A DNA stretch of 64,000 nucleotides from Balanoglossus misakiensis (lineage: Eukaryota > Animalia > Hemichordata), in assembly GCA_040954595.2 (NCBI GenBank), contig CM082577.2:20496303-20560302 (forward strand), read 5' to 3'. The position numbers and the translations under genes are program-made. Below are positions 28,654 through 41,212 of this stretch, piece after piece. The notes beneath the pieces were generated by a model that had not been told where the DNA came from, made no database searches, and saw only the letters and a program-made list of their open reading frames with translations. The first letter of the stretch is position 1. The number at the start of each line of letters is the position of its first letter.

Positions 28654-28910
28654 GAAAGATGGTTGAATTTCTCCTACTATAAACCTGAATCCTACACCAT
28701 TGAACACATAGCCCGACTTGGCTAATTTTTGTGGGAAACCGATCGACCTTCAATAGCTTATAAAGCAAGTGGGATAAAAAATATGGTTTGTTTTGTTCTG
28801 CAAAAAGTGTTTTTAGAATTCAGGCACTTTCAGAAAAGGAAGAAACGGACACTTGCGACAAAAATGTTATCCATCAGGCTACTCTTTAATGGAAAAGTTG
28901 GAAAAAAATG

Positions 28911-29006
28911 AAGCCTACAGCACGTTGTATTCCCAGGCGGTCTCCCATCCAAGTACTAACTACGCCCAACGCAGGTTTGCTTCGGTGATCAGACGAGAAC
29001 CGGCTT
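28911..29006 (-). pseudogene. 5S 3' fragment (nt 25-120) downstream of retrotransposon copy A
   Basis: 5S sequence stops at cggctt and is followed by a T-run (element poly(A)). Confidence 0.95.
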
Positions 29007-32000
29007 TTTTTTATCTTTTATTAAAAAGGACAGGCCCACTGGCTTGCCCTGTTAAAAATAATTTGTACATTACAAGAAGTTTGTAATTACAGTCATAGAT
29101 TCATTTTAAATAATGCCATAAATTCTCAACATGTTACACTACTATTGCAAATCATTACAATATTGATGAAAAATCATACACTGGAATGAATGCATGTGTA
29201 ATCAAATCATTCAACATAAACAATCTTTAAATTCACAATATTGCATTACAGCATTCCATCATTTATGTAAGTCCTACTCCAATCTGTCATAGAATTGTGA
29301 CATACAATTTAATTACAGGAATAATTACCAGTAAAAAAAGATGGTATGTAACACCAGAGGGCGCCAGGTTCAACTGAAGGCGACAACATAGACAAAAAGA
29401 CTGTTTAAAATTGAACGTAAAGTCAAAATCTTTTACCGTTACAAGTACATTGTTTTGTTCAAAGATGCTTTCAAATAGCGCAACATCATCACTTACTTTG
29501 CACCTGTTATATTCAAAAGTGATTTTCTGTTTTAATTTGTACTTAAAGAACTTGATCAAGTCGATTTTCCGAGTACAACGCTTGTATGCTAATCTTCTAC
29601 TATGAATTGTATAACGTGCAAGTGACAATAAAATATTGATCATCGTGTACTCGTACTTGTCATTCTTGACAGGATAACCAAATAACATCATTAGAATTCT
29701 ATCTGTTGTGTTAAACTTATTTACACTACAGGCACTGTAGATATACTCAAAAACAAGTTGCCACAATGATTGAATTGTCTGGCAGCACACAAACAAATGA
29801 TACACGTCTTCGGGGGAAAATGTGCAGAAGTCACAAGTCGGACTGAGGATTTTACCTGCTTTGTAAAGACGAAGATTACTAAAAACAGCGTTGTGACAAA
29901 TGAGATAGTCCAGATCACCCAGGTAATTATCCTTGAAATTTGTGTAAATAATTGGCCAAACCTTACTAAAATCAAAGTTTGGCAGGTGGAAGAGCCAATA
30001 CTGAACACCCGTGGGCACTGTTTTTCTCAGATGCCGAGCTATTGTAGGAATGTGTCTAACCTTAAGAGAATGGAAAGGAACACGTTGATCAAGAGCATTA
30101 ACAATAAAGAGAGACGGTTTTTCGTCCACTTTGTTATAATCTTTGTAATTATTCTGCAGAATATCATGCCACTTTTGAGGAATTGAATTGAGGATAATAT
30201 GGTACTGCTTCTCAACAGTATTGCTTATGGGAGTGTCAGGATGTGCCAATGAAACCATGTCACCAATTGCATCAACAGGTAGGAACCCAGGAATGACCTC
30301 GTATAACAAATCCCTGATTTTGACAATGCCAGCTGAACTGAAAAGCTTTATAATCGCCAGGGGGCACCCTTCAACACTTGTAATGAATGGGTTATGAAAG
30401 ATGGGTTCATTGATAATTTCATCGTAGGAAACTGGTTGTGCACGTGAATACTTGAAAAGATGCGACCAAGACTGAATTAATTCCCTGTAGAAATTAGAAC
30501 ACTGACGTAAGTTGGTAGGATAAAGTAACATTTTAAAAGTGTCAACACCACAATTGAGATCGAGATACTTATTTAAGTTGTAGGTGAAAAACAGCTTGAA
30601 TTTGTGAACATAATCTTTATCCAGCAATTTACACAACCACTTGAGACGAAGTGCATGCACTTTGTCTTGAATATTTGTGACTTTAAGTCCCCCATCTTGA
30701 ATGTCAGAAGTGATGACATCATATTTCACCCTGTGGTGACCTTTGCTCCAAAAGAAATTACAGATGTGCTCATTCAAAATTGGTATGTGTTGCTGAGGCA
30801 AAGAAACAACAGATGCCCGGTACCAAAGAGTAGACGTAACAAGGGAGTTGATAATGAGGGTTTTCCCTTTGTAGGACAATTTACGAAATGACCAAGATTT
30901 CAGAATTCTACAGATTTTTGGAATGCGCTGAGCCCAATTGAAATCATCAGCAACTGATTTGTCATGACTCAACATGACACCAAGAATGACCATGCCATCC
31001 GGTTGAAGCTTGACAGGTAAGGGGCAGTCAGTACGCCCTCTATTGTTTCCTATCCACATCAATGCACTTTTGTTCAAATTAACCTTTGACCCAGAAGCTT
31101 TACCGTAATCACAAAATACCTGATACGCTTCGCGGATAGAATGGTCATCACTAACGGTAAGTGTGGTATCATCAGCATGTTGATAAACTAAGGAAGATAC
31201 AGTACTGCCAGGAATTTGAATACCATGAATGATGTGGTTACGCTGAATAGCGGCATTTAGTGGCTCAGCCGACAGCACGTACAACATCGCTGACAGCGGG
31301 CACCCTTGTCTGACACTTCGTTTAATTAACACCGAGTCAGACAAAAGCCCGTTAATTTTTACATTACTCATAACCTGGTTGTACAGTATGGAAATCCATT
31401 TAACAAAATTGTCACCGAACCTGAACGCCCTCAGTGTGTTAAGCAGATACTTGTGATCAACACGATCAAAGGCTTTCATCTGATCAAATTTCAGAATAGC
31501 ACCTGGACAGTTACTGGACTCAACATGATGAATGAGATCTCTCATACAGAAAACATTGTCCACAATGTCACGACCTGGGACACAGCAAGTTTGATCCGGG
31601 CTGACAATTGAGGGCATAATTCTATTGAGCCTTATGGCAAGTGTTTTAGCAAGAATTTTGTAATCACAGTTGAGGAGGGTTATAGGGCGCCAATGTTTAA
31701 TGTAACGGGGGTCACTGTCTGCTTTAGGGATTAAAGAAATAAGACCAGTTTTCCACTCATCGGGGAGAATGTTATTGGAGAAAATACAGTTGAAAATGTC
31801 AAGCAAATCCTCTTTGATATCTTACCAAAAGTGAAGATAAAATTCGTACGGTAAACCCTCAGCGCCTGGGCTTTTATTATGAATACATTTAGAGAGGGCA
31901 AAGGTCACCTCTTCTACCGAAAACTCTGAATCGGCGGCAGCGCACTCCTCATCAGAAACAGTATTTGTGATGTAACCAAGGAAACTATTTTGAAGTGCAA

Positions 32001-32761
32001 GATCACAAGGCTCATTGTTATAAAGCTTAGAGTAAAATGTATGAGCTTCTGAGATTATATCAGTAATGTCAGTGAGAATTTCATTGTTGTCAGTAATTAG
32101 TGATTTGATGCATTTTCTTTCCTGCTTAGACTTTTCTAGGTTAAAGAAAAACCGAGTGGATTTCTCACCCTCCTCATACCACTGGATCTTAGAACGGATT
32201 AAGGCCCCCTGGGTTTCTAAGGAAATAATGTTGTCAAGGTCTTCCTGAATGATATGTGCATTAGTAAGATCATAGTCGGTGAAACGGTTAGCTTTGTTAA
32301 GTTCCCATTTTAGTTTTTTCTCTAAGGTTTTCTTCAAGTGGCGCCTCAATTTTGCCTGCTGTTTTGCATACTTCTGGGAATATCTACGAATATTATGTTT
32401 TAAACACCCCCACCACTGAATTTTATTACTTGTATAATTGAGGTCAAATTTAGACTTTTTAATGATATCCAAAATATTATTGACATAAACTTCATCCCTC
32501 AAGAGATTTTTATTGAGAGCCCAGACTCCCGGACCACGAGGCGAGTTATGGAAATTGAATTTGAACTGGATAAGTTCATGGTCGCTATAGGAAAAATGCA
32601 TGATATGAGAACTTTGACACATGTGGACAATGCTTTCATGTATGAGAGCATAATCAATGCGACTCTGCTGGAGATTGGCATGCAGATACCGTTGCCAAGT
32701 ACTTTCTGTGTGATGAAATTCAGCAAATGCTTACGAGAAGAATCAAAATGGTTTAAAACAG

Positions 32762-33504
32762 TGTTACGCAGGAGAAGTTTGCTGTTGTTTTGTGACCAGG
32801 TGTGTTTTCGCTTACTTTCGTAATTTGAATATTTGCGTGACCAGGTGTGGTGCATTCATTATTTTCCCCATATAAAAAGCCCGCACGTTGTGTTGCGGCG
32901 TAGCTACTAATTTGGACTTGCCCGTGTGAGATGTTCTGTTCCTCGCCGGCTTGGAAGCTGTGCTGTATTTCATGCTGCCCTGGTCTGGAAACCGCGCCCA
33001 GAAGCTGTGTTGTATTTCATGCTGTCCTGGTCTGGAAACCGCGCCCAGAAGCCATGTTGTTTCATGCTGTCCTGGTCTGGAAGCCGCGCCCATAAGTCGT
33101 GCTACCTCATGGGGAATTCGTCCGAAAGCCGTGCCGTCTACCGGGGAATTGTGCCAGAACGCTACTCGGACTGAACGTCGCTGTTGGGACTGCCGTGGTG
33201 CTGGTCGCGTTCGTCGTGCGCTACAGAACCTTGGACTTTAGTCTTTCATTTCCCACACCTGGTCACATTTAAGGTAGTCATTTATTTTGTGTGTTTTTTC
33301 CCAGTGTACGATCTTTTTTATATTTACCAATGTTTAGTTGTAGTAATTAAAAGTTTCCATAAGCAAGGAAATAACGTGTTGTGTGCCTATTGTTGACCGT
33401 CTTTGTTGCGTGCTGCGCTGGTTGGTTCACCAAAAGCGAGCCATTCAGTAAGTCTATTTGCTCACTGCCCTGTTTCGGAACTGAACGGCCAACGTGCCGT
33501 AACA
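32762..33504 (+). mobile_element. Solo LTR (743 bp), probably Gypsy-type, inserted in copy A ORF2
   Basis: Termini TGTTACG...CGTAACA; absent from copy C; flanks ACAG/ACAC (4-bp TSD with one mismatch); TATAAA at 32871 and ATTAAA at ~33346. Confidence 0.8.
32954..33092. repeat. Three tandem copies of a ~47-bp unit within the solo LTR
   Basis: gaagctgtg(c/t)tgtatttcatgctg(c/t)cctggtctggaaaccgcgccca at 32954 and 33001, and a shorter variant at 33048. Confidence 0.9.
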
Positions 33505-34024
33505 ACACTATTGGCATGATCAATGCAAGGATTAATTTTAGTATTGAAATCACCTATAACAACATGCACGTAATCATCGAGAAAAAAATGAGAAAGATCC
33601 TTCCAAAACTGCGTACGGAGATGAGATTGATTAGGAGAGTAAATGTTGATAATATTAATATTGTGGTGAGAAACCTGAATTTGTATGGAAATAATTCTTC
33701 CAGCAGAGTGGCATCGATGACCAAGAATTTTGACCTCTGACCGTTTTCTCACAAGTATTGCTACCCCTCTCCTCCTTGCAGGATCTGTACAATTATTATA
33801 AAAGAAATGAAAATCTGGAGCAATTTTGTTATGAATGTGGAGAGCGATGTGATTGTCCCAGAAGGTCTCCTGAAAACAGATGATGTCATGATGGCTATTG
33901 TTACAGAATTGCAGAACACGATCAAATGTTTGTAACTCAGAAAGACCATTAGCGTTAACTGAACTTATAAGAACCATGGTGACAACCAGGAGGAGAGGGC
34001 AGATGTTAAAGGTACAATCCATTG

Positions 34025-35203
34025 TTACTTACTAGTACATTTTTGTTTATCCTTATCCTTTTTTGGCTTTTTCCGATCCACTAAATTTGGTGTAAAACGT
34101 TTTTTCGGTCTGCCTGTGTTGCTGGGTTGAAGCTCAGTGTCTTTAGAGTTAGTGTCTTCCGGTTGGCGACGTTTAATTTGACAGTTTGCAATTGCCGTTT
34201 CATCAATGTCCATTTCGCTATTTTCAAGACTTGGGTCTAACTGTTCAACGCGTTCTGCTCCTGATGTTTGATCTTCTGAATTATCCTCTTCTTGATCTTG
34301 CCGTTGCTCATCCACTGGTGTTTGCTGTTCTTCAGCTTGATCTTGCAGCTGCTCATTCTCTGTTGTTTGTTGTTCCCGTACCTGCTCCTCGACCGATGTA
34401 TTCCCGTCGGTATCAGTGACATTTTGTTCGTTATCAGTTATCATCTCCTGTACATAATTGTTGACAATTTCATCGACTCCGCCATCACCATAAACTATGA
34501 CAGGACAATCGTTGACTTTGTGTCCACGACGGTGACACCGATAGCACGTTACGTTGGAACACGATCGCTCCAAGTGGCCCATTTCGCCGCACCGTTTGCA
34601 TTGGTAATTTGGGCACGAATAAATTAAATGCGAGTCATCTAAACAGTGATTACACACTTTGTGTTGATTTGTGTGTAAAAGGCGTACATAACAACCATTC
34701 GGTTAAAATTTTACCGAGTACGGTAAGGATTTGACCGCTGCGGGTATTTCGATTTTAACAAAGCGAGTGCCTGTCTCAACTTCGGGTTCTTCTTCAAAAT
34801 GTTTTCTTATCACCGGACCACGAATAACGCAACCAAAACTCTCGAGCTTGGCAATAATGTCATCGTCAGAGGTGTAAGGGGGAACACCGATGAAAGAAAC
34901 TGTTAGCAGATTCCTTACCAAGCCTTGAACTTCGACGGGACTACCGTCAATTGCAAAGCCATCAGTCAGTAAAGTGTCAACATCGGCTTCCGACGCCACA
35001 GTAATCTGCCACGCACTGTTGATCTTGACACAGGCAAAAACACTTCCTTCTCCTAGAATTTCTTTTATCGCACGAATCAGATTTACTGCTGAATAATCTT
35101 CGTCACTGACAGATATCGTATTTTCTTTGGCAGATTTCCTTGAAGACGGACGACATAATGGTATGCGTTTAGCAGCCGAAGACGAGCCAGGCAGGGCAGC
35201 CAT
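34025..35203 (-). pseudogene. ORF1 of copy A (type 1) with a premature stop
   Basis: Nearly identical to copy C ORF1; GAA>TAA at 34703-34705 splits it. Confidence 0.92.
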
Positions 35204-35374
35204 ATTGGCAACGGACTGCCGGGTGACGTGGCAAAAAACGGGAAGATTCGAAAACACAACAAATCTTCAAAATACCTCGGAAATTTGTCCAAATAACACT
35301 TATACCAACACCAGTATATCCAAAAGCGTAAGTATTCAGTCCGGATGGCACCAAATCGGTCAGATTAACAACGA

Positions 35375-38300
35375 TTTTACCATTACAAGTACATTGTTTT
35401 GTGCAAAGATGCTTTCAAATAGCGCAACAATATCACCGGCTTTGTACCTGTTATATTCAAAAGTGATTTTCTGTTTTAATTTGTACTTAAAGAACTTGAT
35501 CAAGTCGATTTTCCGAGTACAACGCTTGTATGCTAATCTTCTACTATGAATTGTATAACGTGAAAGTGACAATTAAATATTGATCAGCGTGTACTCGTAC
35601 TTGTCATCCTTGACAGGATAACCAAATAACATCATTAGAATTCTATCTCTGTGTTAAACTTATTTACACTACAGGCACTGTAGATATACTCAAAAACAAG
35701 TTGCCACAATGATTGAATTGTCTGGCAGCACACAAACAAATGATACACGTCTTCGGGAAAAATGTGCAGAAGTCACAAGTCGGACTGAGGATTTTGCCTG
35801 CTTTATAAAGACGAAGATTACTAAAAACAGCGTTGTGACAAATGAGATAATCCAGATCACCCAGGTAATTATCCTTGAAATTTGTGTAAACAATTGGCCA
35901 AACCTTACTAAAATCAAAGTTTGGCAGGTGGAAGAGCCAATACTGAACACCCGTGGGCACTGTTTTTCTCAGATGCCGAGCTATTGTAGTAATGTGTCTA
36001 ACCTTAAGAGAATGGAAAGGAACACGTTGATCATGAGTATTAACAATAAAGAGAGACGGGTTTTTGTCCACTTTGTTATAATCTTTGTGATTACCCTGCA
36101 GAATATCATGCCACTTTTGAGGAATTGAATTGAGGATAATTTGGTACTGATTCTCAACAGTATTGCTTGTGGGAGTGTAGGGATGGGCCAATGAAACCAT
36201 GTCAACAATTGCATCAACAGGTAGGAACCCAGGAATGACCTCGTATAACAAATCCCTGATTTTGACAATGCCAGCTGAACTGAAAAGCTTTATAATCGCC
36301 AGGGGGCGCCCTTCAACACTTGTAATGAATGGGTTATGAAAGATGGGTTCATTGATAATTTCATCGTAGGAAACTGGTTGTGCACGAAAATACTTGAAAA
36401 GATGCGACCAAGACTGAAACAATTCCCTGTAGAATGTAGAACACTGACGTAATTTGGTAGGATATAAAAGTAACATTTTAAAAGTGTCAACACCACAATT
36501 GAGATCGAGATACTTATTTAAGTTGTAGGTGAAAAACAGCTTGAATTTGTGAACATAATCTTTATCCAGCAATTTACACAACCACTTGAGACGAAGTGCA
36601 TGCACTTTGTCTTGAATATTTGTGACTTTAAGTCCCCCATCTTGAATGTCAGAAGTGATGACATCATATTTCACCCTGTGATGACCTTTGCTCCAGAAGA
36701 AATTACAGATGTGCTCATTCAAAATGTGTATGTGTTGCTGAGGCAAAGAAACAACAGATGCCCGGTACCACAGAGTAGACGTAACAAGGGAGTTGATAAT
36801 GAGGGTTTTCCCTTTGTAGGACAATTTACGAAATGACCAAGATTTCAGAATTCTACAGATTTTTGAAATGCGCTGCGCCCAATTGAAATCATCAGCAACT
36901 GATTTGTCATGACTCAACATGACACCAAGAATGACCATGCCATCCGGTTGAAGCTTGACAGGTAAGGGGCAGTCAGTACGCCCTCTATTGTTTCCTATCC
37001 ACATCAATGCACTTTTGTTCAAATTAACTTTTGACCCAGAAACTTTACCATAATCACAAAAGACCTGATACGCTTCGCGGATAGAATGGTCATCGCTAAC
37101 GGTAAGTGTGGTATCATCAGCATGTTGATAAACTAAGGAAGATACAGTACTGCCAGGAATTTGAATACCATGAATGATGTGGTTACGCTGAATAGCGGCA
37201 TTTAGAGGCTCAGCCGACAGCACGTACAACATTGCTGACAGCGGGCACCCTTGTCTGACACTTCGTTTAAGGTGGCATTGCATGAAACCGTCGAGACTTT
37301 TTCAGAGGCCTATTTCTCATCAAAGACAAAGTTAAAACCCCCATAAATCATATATATTCAGAAAGCTGAGATTTTGAACTTTTGTTTGAGTTGCAAATAT
37401 TATTGATCCCCGAAAATGGTGGCGATTTTGGGTGAAAAAAAAACATTTTTTGATATTATGTCATGAAATTTAAAATAGGTAAAAAAGTTGACCATGCATC
37501 ATGCATCTTAATATGTCATTCGAAATTAGAGTACACGTGCAAAAAAACGGTAATTTTGTTTTGCGTTATCTGCTTCCATTGAGGAGTAACAGCGTTTGAA
37601 AGTTAGATTTTTAGTAAAATTTGATCAAATTCACGGTGAGTTGTATTCAATCAGAGTTTATTCTCGCCAGGGACACTTTATCGACTAACAAAAATACTGT
37701 TTTGTTGGATGGGTCATACACAATCCCCAGTTAAAATTTGAGCAAATTCGGCTGACGCAGAGCGAAGCTATTTTCGTCTGAAGTTGTCAAGAGCAGCGAA
37801 AATGCAAACTGAGATAAACGGCCATTTGCATTGTTGACACCTATTTGTTAAGCTGTGAACTCATTCAGAAAAGTGCTATTTTGGGGTGATTATGCACCAT
37901 TTCCGCCAAGACGTATTAGTCAGGGTGTGGGTCAGTATAAGGCCTACCGATTTATGTAAAAAAGTAAAATTTGGCAAAAATCACAACTTTTCATGCAATG
38001 CCACCTTAATTAACACCGAGTCAGACAAAAACCCGTTAATTTTTACATTACTCATAATCTGGTTGTACAGTATGGAAATCCATTTAACAAAGTTGTCACC
38101 GAACCTGAACGCCCTCAGTGTGTTAAGCAAATAATTGTGATCAACGCGATCTAAGGCTTTCATCTGATCAAATTTCAGAATAGCACCTGGACAGTTACTG
38201 GACTCAACATGATGAATGAGATCTCTCATACAGAAAACATTGTCCACAATGTCACGACCTGGGACACAGCAAGTTTGATCCGGGCTGACAATTGAGGGCA

Positions 38301-40001
38301 TAATTCTATTGAGCCTAATGGCGAGTGTTTTAGCAAGAATTTTGTAATCACAGTTGAGGAGGGTTATAGGACGCCAATTTTTAATGTAACGGGGGTCACT
38401 GTCTGCTTTAGGGATTAAAGTAATAAGACCAGTTTTCCACTCAATAGGGAGAATGTTATTGGAGAAAATACAGTTGAAAATGTCAAGCAAATCATCTTTG
38501 ATATCTTCCCAAAAGTGAAGATAAAATTCGTACGGTAAACCATCAGCGCCTGGGCTTTTATTATGAATACATTTAGAGAGGGCAAAAGTCACCTCTTCTA
38601 CCGAAAACTCTGAATCGGCGGCAGCGCACTCCTCATCAGAAACAGTATTTGTGATGTAACTAAGGAAAGTATTTTGAAGTGCAAGATCACAAGGCTAATT
38701 GTTATAAAGCTTAGAGTAAAATGTATGAGCTTCTGAGATTATATCAGTAATGTCAGTGAGAATTTCATTTTTGTCATTAATTAATGATTTAATGCATTTT
38801 CTTTCCTGCTTAGACTTTTCTAGGTTAAAGAAAAACCGAGTGGATTTCTCACCCTCCTCATACCACTGGATCTTAGAACGGATTAAGGCCCCCTGGGTTT
38901 CTAAGGAAATAATGTTGTCAAGGTCTTCCTGAATGATATGTGCATTAGTAAGATCATAGTCGGTGAAACGGTTAGCTTTGTTAAGTTCCCATTTTAGTTT
39001 TTTCTCTAAGGTTTTCTTCAAGTGGCGCCTCAATTTTGCCTGCTGTTTTGCATACTTCTGGGAAAATCTACGAATATTATGTTTTAAACACCCCCACCAC
39101 TGAATTTTATTACTTGTATAATTGAGGTCAAATTTAGACTTTTTAATGATATCCAAAATATTATTGACATAAACTTCATCCCTCAAGAGATTTTTATTGA
39201 GAGCCCAGACTCCCGGACCACGAGGCGAGTTATGGAAATTGAATTTGAACTGGATAAGTTCATGGTCGCTATAGGGAAAATGCATGATATGCGAACTTTG
39301 ACACATGTGGACAATGCTTTCATGTATGAGAGCATAATCAATGCCACTCTGCTGGAGATTGCCATGGAGATACCGTTGCCAAGTACTTTCTCTGGCGTGA
39401 GGATGTTGTTTGCGCCAGATGTCTACAAGGGAAAAGTGTGTGATGAAGTTGAGCAAATGTTTCCGAGAAGGATCAGCATGGTTTAAAACACTGTTGGATT
39501 GATCAAGGTAAGGATTAATTTTAGTGTTAAAATCACCAATAACAACATGTACGTAATCATCGAGAAAAAATGAGAAAGATCCTTCCAAAACTGCGTACGG
39601 AGATGCGGTTGATTAGGAGAATAAATGTTGATGATATTAATATTGTGATGAGAAACCTGAATTTGTATGGAAATAATTCTTCCAGCAGAGTCGCATCGAT
39701 GACCAAGAATTTTGACCTCTGACCGTTTTCTCACAAGTATTGCTACCCCTCTCCTTGCAGGATCTGTACAATTATTATAAAAGAAATGAAAATCTGGAGC
39801 AATTTTGTTGTGGATGTGAACAGCGATGTGATTGTCCCAGAAGGTCTCCTGAAAACAGATGACGTCATGGTGGCCATTTTTACAAAATTGCAGAACATGA
39901 TCGAATGTGTGTAAATCAGAAAGGCCATTAGCGTTAACAGAACTTATAACAACCATGGTGACAACCAGGAGGAGAGGGCAGATGTTAAAAGTACTAAACA
40001 T
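35375..40001 (-). pseudogene. Disrupted ORF2 of copy B
   Basis: Fragments 39483-40001, 38695-39588, 37981-38592, 35664-37283 and 35360-35572, separated by frameshifts, a stop codon and a MITE insertion. Confidence 0.92.
37271..38005. mobile_element. Non-autonomous DNA transposon (Kolobok-like), 735 bp, TTAA TSD
   Basis: Perfect 17-bp TIR GGTGGCATTGCATGAAA / TTTCATGCAATGCCACC; TTAA at 37267-70 and 38006-09; empty site cgtttaattaacacc in copies A and C. RR...YY termini with a TTAA TSD fit Kolobok. Confidence 0.85.
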
Positions 40002-40003
40002 TG

Positions 40004-41212
40004 TTATTTACTAGTGCATTTTTGTTTATCCTTATCATCATTTTGTGGCTTTTTTCGTTCTACTAAATTTGGTGTAAAACGTTTTTTCGGGGGTCTACCT
40101 GTTTTGCTGGCTTGAATCTCAGTGTCTTTAGAGTTCATGTCATCTGATTTGCGGCGTTTAACCTGGCAGTTTGCGATCGCTGTTTCATCTACGTCCATTT
40201 CACTGTTTTGTTGACTTTGTTCCTGTTCTGCTACTGTTGTTGTTTGGTGTACTGAAATGTCCTCTCCATGATCCTGCAGCCGCTCATCTGCTGATGTTTG
40301 CTGTTCCTCAGCTTGCACGTCGCTTGCTTGTCCCTGTACACTGCATTGTTCTGCTATTTGTTGTTCACTTCCAATGTCCGTGGTTGGGTTTTCAGTTACT
40401 TCATTTACCTGTTCCGAGTCGATTGCGTGATCCTCACCTTGTTCCTCTTCATCAGAATATTGTTGGATAATATCGTCTACATCCCCATCACCATATATTA
40501 TAGCTTCACATTCCTTTGCCTTATGGCCGACTCTGTCACATTTATAACATCTGTAATTTCCACAGGCACGTTCTAGGTGACCCTTTTCATGGCAGCGTTT
40601 GCATTCATATTTCGGGCAGTTGTATATAAGGTGCGAAGAATCCAAGCAATAGTTGCAGACTTTAGATTGATTAGAATGTAACAATCGAACATAGGGACCA
40701 TTACGTTCAAACTTGACAGCATAGGGAAGAGATTTTACTGATACCGGCAATTCAATACGTACGAATCGTGTTCCTGTCTCTACCTCAGGTTCCTCTTCGT
40801 AGTATTTCCTCACGACTGGTCCTCTGATGGTACATCCATACTCTTTTAATTTATCCGTTATTTCATCATCTGTTGTGTACGCAGGAACGTTGAAAAAAGA
40901 AACAGTTAACAAATTACGCACTAGGCCTTGAACATCGACAGGACTTCCGTCAACAGCAAAGCCCTCATCCAGCACCAGTTCAGTGTCTTCATTGTCTTGT
41001 AGTGTCATTTGCCAGAGTCCGTTGACTTTCACACATGCAATGACACTGCTCTGTCCAGTTTTCTCTTTCACGGCTCTTATTAACTGAATGGGCGAGTAAT
41101 CTTCATCGGTAATACATATTGTATTCAATCTGGAGGCAGTCTTTGAAGAAGTCCGACATATAGGCCTTTCACTCCGCTGACGAGCACCTGGCGAGCCAGG
41201 CAGGGCAGCCAT
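40004..41212 (-). CDS. Retrotransposon ORF1p, type 2 (402 aa; gag-like, three CCHC zinc knuckles)
   Basis: CNYCLDSSHLIYNC, CKRCHEKGHLERAC, CYKCDRVGHKAKEC; ETGTRFV motif; acidic low-complexity region and basic C-terminus. Confidence 0.92.
   Translation of the reverse strand: MAALPGSPGARQRSERPICRTSSKTASRLNTICITDEDYSPIQLIRAVKEKTGQSSVIACVKVNGLWQMTLQDNEDTELVLDEGFAVDGSPVDVQGLVRNLLTVSFFNVPAYTTDDEITDKLKEYGCTIRGPVVRKYYEEEPEVETGTRFVRIELPVSVKSLPYAVKFERNGPYVRLLHSNQSKVCNYCLDSSHLIYNCPKYECKRCHEKGHLERACGNYRCYKCDRVGHKAKECEAIIYGDGDVDDIIQQYSDEEEQGEDHAIDSEQVNEVTENPTTDIGSEQQIAEQCSVQGQASDVQAEEQQTSADERLQDHGEDISVHQTTTVAEQEQSQQNSEMDVDETAIANCQVKRRKSDDMNSKDTEIQASKTGRPPKKRFTPNLVERKKPQNDDKDKQKCTSK

Larger units (their letters stand above)
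1..29006 (-). repeat. 5S rDNA tandem array, ~378-bp unit (120-nt gene + ~258-bp spacer), 76 complete genes plus one interrupted; continues beyond window start
   Basis: Near-identical unit repeats with a 376-379 bp period. Gene 3' ends run from 201 to 28911 (28710/76 = 377.8). Confidence 0.98.
29287..34022 (-). pseudogene. Disrupted ORF2 (APE endonuclease / reverse transcriptase) of copy A
   Basis: ORF pieces 33462-34022, 31822-32622 and 29287-31806 match the 1305-aa ORF2 of copy C (WRPITLLN, QGCPLS, HADD). The normal stop is lost, giving a C-terminal extension. Confidence 0.93.
29007..35376 (-). mobile_element. 5S-targeting Tx1/L1-clade non-LTR retrotransposon, copy A (decayed; lacks its first ~25 nt)
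   Basis: Colinear with copy C; AATAAA + poly(A) at the 5S junction; nonsense codons in ORF1 (34703) and ORF2 (31822); ~45-bp deletion and solo LTR in the endonuclease region. Confidence 0.95.

Noticed and set aside
72-28911. Dozens of repeated 60-110 aa ORFs (MVCFVLQK..., MWVTDRPS...)
   Set aside because: Chance frames across the 5S spacer and antisense gene; they open and close with homopolymer length changes and show no protein motifs.
1-29006. CRISPR-like repeat/spacer array
   Set aside because: Spacers are near-identical rather than unique, the repeat is a eukaryotic 5S gene, and there are no cas genes.
37271-38005. piggyBac assignment for the TTAA element
   Set aside because: Termini are GG...CC, not the CC...GG typical of piggyBac.
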